A stretch of 64,000 bases of DNA from Prorocentrum cordatum (Eukaryota): the NCBI GenBank assembly GCA_963575745.1, contig CAUYUJ010000142.1, positions 1-64,000 of the forward strand. The letters run 5' to 3'. The number at the start of each line of letters is the position of its first letter. The stretch's first letter is position 1. Below the pieces are notes generated by a model. It saw only the letters and a program-made list of their open reading frames with translations. It did not search any database and was not told where the DNA came from. The translations under genes and the position numbers were made by a program. This document shows positions 37,342 through 48,500 of this stretch, piece by piece.

Positions 37342-40300
37342 TCAACCTGGTTTGTTTGTTTGGACTCGCGTTCCCAGCCGAGTGCAGCCGGGCGAGGACC
37401 GGTCCCGCAGAAGCACACGGGCAGCGCTGAGCAGCGCTTCGGCTGCCGACAATTCACATTCTGTGACTGTAGCTCCTTCGAGGAGCCACGCGGCCTCGGC
37501 CACATCCCTCCAAACGAGGGGCACGGCACTAGAAACAGCAAACTCATGCCCAGCAGGGAAGGGGCCCACGGTTCTCGCGGAAGCGATGCCTATCTCACTG
37601 GGATTGCACTGAGTATTGATTAAGCCGATCTGAAGCCAGAAACCACATCCTGATCCTTGCTGGTCAACCCCGCCATCAAAGCCTCCCCTGATAGCGAACG
37701 GTAAGAGATAAGTTTCGAATGGATATAGATAACAATGAGTTCTGTAGAATGTGCGGCCACATCTGGCCTCATGCGTCAATTCATCCGCTCGTGTATTGTC
37801 CTCCCTGAATTCATGTCTCCATATCTCACGTCCCAAGGCAGCAGGCCTCAGATTGAAACACGCAGCGAGCTCAAAGGTACAATCAATCATGGCAGCTGTC
37901 CTCTTGCAGTAGCCACGATTCTCACATCTCCATTTCCCCTGTAGCCAGGAGCAGATAAGTAATGAGTCACCCTTGAACTCAGCAGCAAAACCCTCTGAGG
38001 ATATATCCCACACAGTCGCACGTTCCTGGATCATAGCATAACGTATTGCAAGCTTGGCGGACTCTTTGGGGTCGTACTTGGGGCGCAGAGGGTTGGTCGC
38101 GATGTCGACCGCATCAGTATCGGCCTTCTCTTGAGCCTCAGGGGAGCCTCGAGGTCCATTAGGAGAGCCCTTCCAAGACACCACAAAGTAATCATAGACC
38201 TTAGTTTTGTTGTATTGTGTAAGGAGTTGCTTCCACACCTCCAAGAACTGAACCCAATCGCCCCGTACAGACTCCCACAACTTTTCCCCAAAGAACTGAA
38301 TGTAGGGGAACTGCCAAGACCGACCGCCCACAGACACAGGGCCTCCACGAAGCCGCTTGCCCGAACTAGATAAGGCCCTGTTGCCGTGTTGTCGTAGAAC
38401 CTCTGTTATTGCGTCGCGAGCCGTGACCCAGCCAACATTGTACATCATAAGCGCACGTCGGGAGTCTCGAAAGGCCCTCCTCCCCTTTGAGACGGTAAGT
38501 GGCTCGTCTCTGAGAGTGTGGGCAGCTCCCTCTCCAGAGGGCATCGGCTGTGAGCGGGCAATGGAACAGGCGACCTGCGAGCAAAGATCCTCCAGCCGCC
38601 TCTCCATATCCGTAATCCCCCCCTCCACCTCCATCACAGTCGCTGCAGGTACATCCTCCCCCCGTCCATCCGTAAAGCGAACACGTTTAGCACGTTGAGT
38701 CGTTGATCCCTCCACCTCAACCTCCGTCCTTGCCGTCCTGTCCTCCTCCAAAGATTGTAAATATTGCCTCGTGGAGCGCATCATGCCCCAGCTCTTCCAA
38801 CACAGCATCTGCACAGACGACGTGAAACCCCCATCGCAGAAGATTGTCCTGACTCGTGTCAGCGCAGCTGGCCGCCATACCTCCCACCCCACATCTCCTG
38901 GCTTCCTCCTCCCTGACATTCTCAGAAGACACATACCCTCGAACGCATGGATAACCCTCACACACTCACTGTCAATCGTGATGGCCTCTGCTGCATATAA
39001 AAGACGGCTCTGCACAGTCGATTGATATCGACGAAACTTCTTCACCAGAGGCAGCGCCCTGCACGTAAAATACTGCACCTGCGCAAAGAATGCCCTTCGG
39101 GCCTGCTGGACGCGCTCCTGCACATCCGTGTGGATAGAAGTGAAACTTCTGGGAATCTGATACCCCAGCACATTCAAACTCTCAACATGCTTGAAAGGAA
39201 CAATCCGCGAGCCAATCTGAACCGTGACCGTATCAGTGTACTGAGTACCACACACCATCATCTCTAGACTCTCCTCCTTCCACTCCATCCCCCAATCCCT
39301 GAGAGCAGTAGTGAAGGCAGCGGCCGCTACCTGCGCCTCCGATGCTGACTTGGCGGCCAGAAAAATATTGTCAGCCCAGAGAGCATGATTCCAACGTGCA
39401 TACCGACAATGATCATCATGGCATGGCATCTCGACTCCGACACCGCGCTGATCCAGGCGAGCAATCACATCACGCCACATAGCAATAGTGACAATAGTAA
39501 ACGCGATAGGTGATTCGGTACCCCCAGTACGGAGCGACCTATCCCACTGCACATTGGGGATTGTCACTCCTTCAAACAGCACCGTGCATGAAGTAGATGA
39601 GAGAGGCTCCAATAACGCATACTGTAACCGTGCACTGATCCCAAGGGCCGTCATCGCTCTCGAGACTGTCGGCAACGTCACAGCATCGAACGCCCGCTCG
39701 ATGTCACAGCTGAGGAGCCACGCCGTTTGATCTCGCCCCCATGTGGAAGCATGTTGTGCAATACATTTCATGGCCGATGAAATCTCCCAGCAACGTCGTC
39801 CGCTGGTAAAACCGAAAAACCGCCATTTCACTCATGAAGGGTTCCACACATCGTTCCAGTAAAATCGTCACACACGTGAGATACCACTTGGCCAAGGTAT
39901 TTCCGACAAGCAGGTTCCTTGTTTGTCGCAATGTTTCCAGTTTGCTCGTTTTCGGCATAAGTGTTAGGTATACTGCCTGCCATTCCCTTGGCGTCGGGCG
40001 AAGCCCGTTGGATATATCAGATAAAACCTTACCAATAGAACGCACTGACCTCCACGAAAGAGACTTGAGAAGTTCAACCGAGATGCCGTCGGGCCCACAG
40101 GCCCGTCCTGTTCGGAGCCTGCTCCGCGCCTGCAGAATAGTAGAGTATGTAATCGTAAGTGTGTTGTCCGAAGAGGCTGCTGATTGAGATGCATGGCGAC
40201 GCAGTGTGGACACAAGCTCCCGATTGCGGGCTCTGGAGTCATCACAAGTCATACTCTGCACAGCATATCGCTCCACCTCCTCCGCCCACAGTTCCCTGTC

Positions 40301-41620
40301 CTCCGTCATCAAAGTCGTAGGCCCCATATCCCCTCCCCCAGTGTCCGTCACCCTCAACTCCGTCACACGTGTCCTCCTCCCCTTCCTAGGTGGTAGCGCC
40401 TCCCACTCCACCTTCCGTCGGCGATATTCCCGCGCAAGCGGTCTGATGCGACGTCGAAGGTCCCGAGCCAACGCTCTGTCCTTCCTAGCACGTGCCTCTC
40501 TGAGTTGTACCTCCAGCTCGGCATGCTGAGGAGTCCTACTCGGCGGGAGCCCTCGAGAGTACCTGGGGGCCCTCACCGTGAGGAGCGGTAACGCATGTCC
40601 AGCAATCGTTTCAGCAAGACGTTGTGGGGGCACCGTCGGGATCTGGACGTCCGCCAGGACCTGAAATTGGGCCTCCTCCCGATACGATTGGAACTCTTTG
40701 TGGCTTGTGTGGTGGCTAGGGGGGCCTTGATATTTCGTGACCTGAGGGTTCTGCATATGGAACTCGGCGTAGACACAGGCATGATCCGAGAAGTTGGTAG
40801 TCGGGGTCTCTGGGATCCAATCCGTTCGGCATTCAACCAAGTCACCCTCCCAGGATTGTGGGACCATGAGATAGTCAAGCACTTTTGGCGCAATAGTCTT
40901 CGCCCCAGACTTGCGTCGAGCATTATTCGCACGATGCGCGAAAGTCGGCTGCCGAGAGCACGGCGAGCCAAGAGAATTGACTGCCAGCAAGCGCATCCGA
41001 CACAGCCACTCCTGCAGCTGAGATCGCCACATGTCCTCCTCCCACCGTCTATCCTCCGTATCATTCCCATATCCCCTCCCGTCGAGAATCTGCACAGCAC
41101 CTCCAGTCACCGTGCCTCCTGAACAGGTGATGTCGGGCGCAAGCTCAACATTAAAATCCCCTGCAATCACAAGCTCACATGTGTATCTGCATTCCTCCTT
41201 CCACCTCCGATAAGTTGTTTCGATTGTTTTCAGCATCTCAAAAGCCACCTCCAATGAACGATTCTCCGATCTGTTCGGAAAGTACGCAGAGACAAGAAAG
41301 ATACACGGATGACGCAAGCACACAATAGCAAGACGAGCATGATTACTCCAAGAGCGAACTATGTTGTGACAAGACTTCCCCCTCAAAGCTATGGAAGCCT
41401 TCCTGTCACTTGAATAAACTAGGTGCCAGCCAAGCAGCTGAATTGAATTGGACGGTAAGTGTTCACACTCCTGTAAACAGAACACTTCACAGCCGTGAGA
41501 AAGAAGTGCCCTCATGCAAGCAAATCCCCGATCTGCTGTAGCCCCTTGTTTCATAAGATTCTGGGTGCCTAGCCTATGCTGGGCTGTGGGGCCACCAGCC
41601 CGACTGGCACCTCTGCACCG
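37342..41620 (-). pseudogene. LINE-B ORF2 (APE-RT-RNase H), one frameshift near 39830
   Basis: APE motifs: LGTQNL, CLQE, SAYFP, GDFN, LDY, SDH. RT motifs: ACGPDG, CDIERAFDAV, SLRTGG, WADN. RNase H motifs: GDS, REDNTRAD, FDGG, TECE. Confidence 0.92.
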
Positions 41621-43409
41621 TCACACCCTGCCGGCAAGACTCGTAACAAATGTGTCGTATGTAGTCGTCACACCGCTTCGCATAAGTACCCCCTCCCAGA
41701 TCTCGCGGTCCACTGTCCACCCCGTATTGATACGAAAGGATGCCAGTTCCACGGGTCGATGCTGAGGGTCCTGCGGCTTGGTCCACATTGTGCTCCGTCC
41801 GTTGGGTCCCGATCCTGGCTCCCCCCTGATCTCCATGGCCTCACTGTTGGTACACTCGCGGTATGTCCCATAGAAGCGCCCCACAGCCCCGATATGATCA
41901 CGTTTCCAAGGTGGGGCCTCTATGCGTACGCGGACCCGACTGGGTCGTTGTAACATGCCCTGGAACATGCTGTCATAATCTGGAGGTGACCTCGAAACCT
42001 GAGCCGCATTCCTTTGGGGATTCGGAGTTAAAGCATCATCAAAAGCACGCTTCACGTTGTATAATGTCGAAGAGTCGGTTCCTACAATGAATTTGATTTT
42101 GATCGTACTCAACATCATTCTACTTCCATTCATACGTAATGTGCCCTCGTAGTCGATCCTAGCTTCATCCTCTGCTGCGATGGCCGTCTTCAAATTAGTG
42201 ATGAATTGTGCAGCGTCCGTGTCTCTCATCATACTGGCCGAACGTGCAACCGCTGTCCCATTCCAGTCTGTCCAGCCTGTGAGCTCCACATAGCTGGGAC
42301 TGAAACTGGAGGGTCCTGAGAGTCCTGGTGGGCCCCCTCCGTAGGAAGGTGCCGTAGTCGAGGCTGCACCTGATATCACACTGGGGTTCTTCTTGAGATC
42401 CTGCATCTGTCGTTCCAAGTTGTTCATCCTGATGTCGGAGGCCTCCTGACGATTCGAGATGCTCTGAATATCGGCCCTGATTTCGACGTTTTCTTGTTGC
42501 CTAACTTTGCTCTCAAGCACGTTGAGCTCCGCGAAGGCCTTGAACCAGGATGGGGCCTCGTCCGAGACCACACTGAGTTTCTTTCGCTTCTCCTCGAGTT
42601 CTCCCAAGAGTGCCTCGTGAGGACCGTTGACACGATGTTTGACATTTCGTTGGGCATCGTCGCTAACACCCTGCATACCCTGACGCTCCCCAGCACCTTC
42701 AGGGACAACAGCCGCTTGGGCCGCCGCCTGTTGTGCCTCCGTGGGCATACCTGGGGGTCCCCCTAGAGCACCTTGTGGAGCTGGGCCTCTAGGAACAACA
42801 GGAGCGCCTCCAGATCCTTGACCTCCAGAACTGACCTGACCTACTGGAACCCCTCCCGCACGCCCTCCGTTGGTTGTAGCTCCCGCCACAGCTGCGTTGG
42901 AAGGAGTCTGCATCATATTCATGAGTCCTGTATTCATATTCACAAATGAAGGTGGGACAACACAATGGCTATCACTATCTGGTGTGGAGTCGGCAGTATT
43001 CAATCTCCCGTCCAATGGAAGGTCACGTACAATCTGCTCGGTATCCTGAATTTGCCTCTTCCGAGATGCCCTCTCAACAGCAGAATCTGGTCTCTGTCCG
43101 TAATCCTGTGAGTACTGCAAATATGGTACAGTCAGGGAAATATCCTCCAGCTGGAAACGTCTCGCAAGCACTGAAAAGTCGTACCCGTCCGTCTTTGCAC
43201 ACACGACAAACAAAACAACAATTACAGCACACAAAGCAGGCGGCCTGGCTTGCCTGGAAGATGCCGTACTCGTCGATGGCAGCGATGGCCGCCGCGCCGC
43301 TTCCCCGCGGCGCCGACACCCCCTGAGCTCCTGTGGGATCCAGGAGCCCTAGAGCCGAGATGTCTTGAGCTCTTTTCTTGCCCAGCTCCTAGACCTCGTA
43401 GAGCTCTTT
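37351..43409 (-). mobile_element. LINE-B: full-length non-LTR retrotransposon
   Basis: Splits the hairpin ccggcggtaaaccgtcaaCCTGG | CTTGGctaccgccgg (37346-37350 and 43410-43414). It has a (CAAA)n tail and ORF1 plus APE-RT-RNase H. Confidence 0.93.
41621..43234 (-). CDS. LINE-B ORF1 (start uncertain)
   Basis: Open 537 codons with a coiled-coil-like stretch, then PSYVELTGW and IEAPPWKRDH. Confidence 0.85.
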   Translation of the reverse strand: MCAVIVVLFVVCAKTDGYDFSVLARRFQLEDISLTVPYLQYSQDYGQRPDSAVERASRKRQIQDTEQIVRDLPLDGRLNTADSTPDSDSHCVVPPSFVNMNTGLMNMMQTPSNAAVAGATTNGGRAGGVPVGQVSSGGQGSGGAPVVPRGPAPQGALGGPPGMPTEAQQAAAQAAVVPEGAGERQGMQGVSDDAQRNVKHRVNGPHEALLGELEEKRKKLSVVSDEAPSWFKAFAELNVLESKVRQQENVEIRADIQSISNRQEASDIRMNNLERQMQDLKKNPSVISGAASTTAPSYGGGPPGLSGPSSFSPSYVELTGWTDWNGTAVARSASMMRDTDAAQFITNLKTAIAAEDEARIDYEGTLRMNGSRMMLSTIKIKFIVGTDSSTLYNVKRAFDDALTPNPQRNAAQVSRSPPDYDSMFQGMLQRPSRVRVRIEAPPWKRDHIGAVGRFYGTYRECTNSEAMEIRGEPGSGPNGRSTMWTKPQDPQHRPVELASFRINTGWTVDREIWEGVLMRSGVTTTYDTFVTSLAGRV

Positions 43410-44280
43410 CTTGGCTACCGCCGGGGACCTCGTAGAGCTCTTTTCTTGCCCAGCTCCTCGGAACACGTGAAGCAAGCTTAAGCGAGAGCCAAAAAACTTT
43501 AAAAAAATCGATCGCATACACATAGTTTTGCGGACTTAGCTCGAGAAGCGGACTTTGTTCAGAGCTCTAGATGCTTCAGCCAAACGCCCTTGATGATTCT
43601 GTATCGGTTTCTGTGCGTACCACCTCTGTAGCTGTGCTACAGCTAGAGTTAAGTGCAGAATACCGACAGCGCGTCTAAAGAGAACTTGAGAAATACAACT
43701 AGTGTTGTGGACCTAGCTCGACTAGCAGAACGAGTTCAGGCCTCTCGATGCAACAGACGCAAGCGCCTGGTGATACTGAATCAGTTTATGTGCGCACCAG
43801 CTCTGTAGCTCCTCTGAATCTTGAGTTGAGTACAGAAAACCGGCATCACTGGTGAAGATGACTTTTACGGACCTAGCTCGAGTAGCAGACCGAGTGCAGG
43901 CCTCTGGATGCAACAGTCGAACGCGCCTGATCATTCTGAATCGGTTTCTGTAAGTATCAGCTCTGTAGCTCTCGAAATCTCGAGTTAAGTACAGAAAACC
44001 GTGAACGCGTGTCAAGATGACTCGGAACGCAGTTGGTTCCAGCAAGTCTTTTGATAGTAATATTGCAGCTACGGACCTGAGAATTCAACTGGCAGACGCG
44101 GCATAACCCACTACACGTGAAAAAAATACCGGTTCTCAAAATGAATTGTCAAATATCTTTCAAATCAAAGCAAAACCGACCCAAGGTTATCACATTGTCT
44201 CTTTTGGTCGGGTCGGCCAACTAGCTCCACCCCGCGCCGGAATTCCTCTAGCTCATCGCTGCCGAAGAGCTCTACGAGGT

Positions 44281-45538
44281 TTTTTTGGACTGCCAACGTG
44301 AAGTCGGTCCCTGGCTTCGCTCGGGAGAATTTTTCGACGGAATGAACTAAGAATTTGTGAGGTAACTTCTGTAATGCCAAGCTTCGCTCTGCGCAAATAG
44401 CAGCCCAAACGAATTGTTAGAACTGCAAAATCGGCTGAGCCAGGCCGCGGAAGGTATGATCGCGTCCCTTTTCGACATTTCGCCAACTAGCTCCACCCTG
44501 TCGCCGAATTCCTCTAGCTCTTCTACCATCAGAGCTCTACGAGGCACTAGAAGTGCAAGCAGACGCCTGAGAGAACTAGAAGTGCAAGCAGATAGCTTCT
44601 GATGGCATTTTCTGCAAAACTGGAAATTGCATTTTTGGACTGCCAACGTGAAGTCGGTCCCTGGTTTCGCTCGGGAGAATTTTTCAACGGAATGAACTAA
44701 GAATTTGTGAAGTAATCTCTGTAATGCCAAGCTTCGCTCTGCACAAATAGCAGCCCAAACGAATTGTTAGAACTGCAATATCGGCGGAGCCAGGCCGCGG
44801 AAGGTATGATCGCGTCCCTTTCCGACATTTCGCCAACTAGCTCCACCCTGTCGCCGAATTCCTCTAGCTCTTCTACCATCAGAGCTCTACAAGGCACTAG
44901 AAGTGCAAGCAGACGCCTGAGAGAACTAGAAGTGCAAGGAAATAGCTTCTGATGGCATTTTCTGCAAAACTGGAAAATTGCATTTTTGGACTGCCAACGC
45001 AAAGTCGGTCCCTGGCTTCGCTCGGGAGAATTTGTCGACGGAATGAACTAAGCATTTGTGAGGTAACTTCTGTAATGCCAAGCTTCGCTCTGCGCAAATA
45101 GCAGCCCAAACGAATTGTTAGAACTGCAAAATCGGCTGAGCCAGGCCGCGGAAGGTATGATCGCGTCCCTTTTCGACATTTCGCCAACTAGCTCCACCCT
45201 GTCGCCGAATTCCTCTAGCTCCTTTACCATCAGAGCTCTACGAGGCACTAGAAGTTCAAGCAGACGCCTGAGAGAACTAGAAGTGCAAGCAGATAGCTTC
45301 TGATGGCATTTTCTGCAAAACTGGAAAATTGCATTTTGGGATTGCCAACGTGAAGTCGGTCCCTGGCTTCGCTCGGGAGAATTTTTCGACGGAATGAACT
45401 AAGAATTTGTGAGGTAACTTCTGTAATGCCAAGCTTCGCTCTGCGCGAATAGCAGCCCAAACAACTTGTTAGAACTGATAAATCGGCTGAGCCAGGCCGC
45501 GGAAGGTATGATCGCGTCCCTTTTCGACATTTCGCCAA
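44281..45538. repeat. ~351-bp tandem repeat, ~3.6 copies, each containing a family-B terminus
   Basis: ttttggactgccaacg-like starts at ~44283, 44633, 44984 and 45335. Confidence 0.93.
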
Positions 45539-48500
45539 CTGGCGCCGGCGGTGAACCGTCAACCTGGTCACCGCCGGGAACCTCGTAGAGCTCCTTTCAC
45601 GCGTAAGAGTGCTCAGAGTCGAAAGAGAGAGCTTCTGGAAGCATTTCTCGAAAAAGGGAAAAAATGATTTTTTTCGTGTCGACATGAAGATGGTTCCGCC
45701 AAGTGTTTTGATGGTAAAAGTGCGCCTACAGAGCTCATACTAAGACAGAGAGGCCCTCATAGTCTTTTACAGGTGCGAAAAATCTGCTTTCTCAAAATGA
45801 ATTGTCAAATATCTTTCAAAAAATTGCAAAACCACCCAAACTGGGCGCCGGCGGTAAACCGTCAACCTTGGTTACCGCCGGGAGACTCGTAGAGCTTCCT
45901 AGCTCGACTTAAGTTGAGAAAACCGACAGCACCTACCAACATTCCGACTCATAGTGAATATTGTTTGACCTCTCAATGCGACAGGCGGACGCGTCTGATG
46001 TCTGCGAATCGACTCCTGTCATTACCAGCCCTGCAGCCCCCCTACAGCCCGAGTTAAGTGCAGAAAACCGACAGCACCTCTCAGGATGACTCGAACAATA
46101 CAATAGTTTCGCAGACCTGATTCGGGCAGCAGACCGAGTTCCGAGCTCTGGATTCGACAGGCGGACGCGCCTGATGTCTTGAAATCGATTCCTGTGACCA
46201 CCAGCACTGTAGCCCCCCTCAGCGCGAGTTGAGTGAAGAAAACCGAGAGCACTTCTCAAGATGACTCAACCAATACGAATAGTTTCGCGATTCTAGATCG
46301 GGCAGCAGACCGAGTTCAGAGCTCTCGATTCGACAGACAAACGCAACTGATGATTCTGAATCAGTTTCTGTAAATATCAGCTCTGTAGCTGTCCTACAGC
46401 TCGAGTTAAGTACAGAAAACCGAGAGTACCTGTCAAGATGACTCGAATAATACGAATAGGTTTGCGGACCTAGCTCGGCTAACAGACCGAGTTCAGACCT
46501 CTGGATTCAACAGGCGAACGCGCCTAATCATTCTACATCGATTAGCTGTGCTTACCAGCTCTGTAGCTGTCCTAAAGCTCGAGTTCCTCAGCTCGCTAGC
46601 TTAGTGGAAGATCTCGACGAGTCAAGTTACCAACTTTGTCCTTTCTGGTCGGGTCGAGCCAACTAGCTCCACCCTGCGCCGGAATTCCTCTAGCTCATCG
46701 ACGACGAAGAGCTCTACGAGGTACTAGCTCCACCCTGTCGCCGAATTCCTCTAGCTCTTCTACCATCAGAGCTCTACGAGGCATTACTCTTAAGCTTCCA
46801 GCAACTAGCTAAGGGAAGCTCTACTGGGCGCCGGCGGTAAACCGTCAACCTTGGTTACCGCCGGGAGACTCGTAGAGCTTCCTAGCTCGACTTAAGTTGA
46901 GAAAACCGACAGCACCTACCAACATTCCGACTCATAGTGCATATTTTTTTGCCTATGAATGCGACAGGCGGACGCGTCTGATGTGTGCGAATCAACTCCT
47001 CTCATTACCAGCCACGCAGCCCCCCTACAGCCCGAGTTCAGTGCAGAAAACCGACAGCACCTCTCAGGATGACTCGAACAATACAATAGTTTCGCAGACC
47101 TGATTCGGGCAGCACACCGAGTTCCGAGCTCTGGATTCGACAGGCGGACGCGCCTGCTGAGTTCAAATCGATTCCTGTGACCACCAGCACTGTAGCCCCC
47201 CTCAGCGCGAGTTGGTGAAGAAAACCGAGAGCACTTCTCAAGATGACTCGACCAATACGAATAGTTTCGCGATTCTAGATCGGGCAGCAGACCGAGTTCA
47301 GAGCTCTCGATTCGACAGACAAACGCAACTGATGATTCTGAATCAGTTTCTGTAAGTATCAGCTCTGTAGCTGTCCTACAGCTCGAGTTAAGTACAGAAA
47401 TCCGAGAGTTCCTGTCAAGATGACTCGAATAATACGAATAGGTTTGCGGACCTAGCTCGGCTAACAGACCGAGTTCAGACCTCTGGATTGAACAGGCGAA
47501 CGCGCCTAATCATTCTACATCGATTAGCTGTGCTCACCAGCTCTGTAGCTGTCCTAAAGCTCGAGTTATGTTCAGAAAACCGTCAGCGCGTATCGAGATG
47601 ACTCGAAACGGCCGATCCCGCCACAGTGCTTTTCGATAGTAATATTCACCCGATCGAGCTGAGATCAAGATGGCGAGCGGGAATAAGATCGAATATCACG
47701 GAAAAAACTAGAGCTCAAACGAATTGTTGAATTTCGAGAACAAAATTTTCAACCGACCAAAAGTCAGCAAAAGTTCCGTCGATATTTTTCTTGCCAACTG
47801 GGCGCCGGCGGTAAGCCGTCAACCTTCCTTGCCGCCGGGGGACTCGTAGAGCTTCCTGAGCATATATAACGTCGATAAAAATTGCAGAGAACGAATAGTT
47901 TTTCAGCCTAAACGATTTCAGACCTCTCGATGCAACAGTCTCCGAATCGATTCCAGTGCTTACCAGCCCTGCAGCCCCCTTACAGATCGAGTTGAGTGCA
48001 GAAAACGGACAGCACCTCTCAAGATGACTCGACGAGTACGAATAGTTTTGCGAACTAGCTCGGGCAGCACACCGAGTTCCGAGCTCTGGAATCGGCAGGC
48101 GAACGCGCCTGATGTCTCCGAATCGATATCTGTGAGTACGAGCCCTGTAGCCCCCCTACAGCCCGAGTTAAGTGCAGAAAACTGTCAGCACCTCTCAAGA
48201 TGACTCCAACAACACGAATACTTTCGCGAACCTAGCTCGGGCAGCAGACCGAGTTCAGACCTCTAGATGGAACAGACGAACGCGCTTGATGATTCGCAAT
48301 CGATTTCTGTGAGAATGAGCTCTGTAGCTGCCCTACAGCTCGAGTTAAGTACAAAATACCGACAACGCGTATCAAGATGACTCGAAACAGCCGATCCCGC
48401 CGCGATGCTTTTTTGCAGAAAAATTTACCCGATCGAGCTGAGATTAAGATGGCGAGCGGGAATAAGATCGAATATGGTCAGAGAAAAAATAGAGCTCCAA

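Larger units (their letters stand above)
26626..37350. mobile_element. Nested field of non-autonomous Helentron/HINE-like elements (families A, B, C)
   Basis: Many copies of the hairpin end ctgg(g)cgccggcggtaaaccgtcaacc..taccgccgg followed by ctcgtagagct, and of the opposite end agctctacgag. No credible long ORF. Confidence 0.8.
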
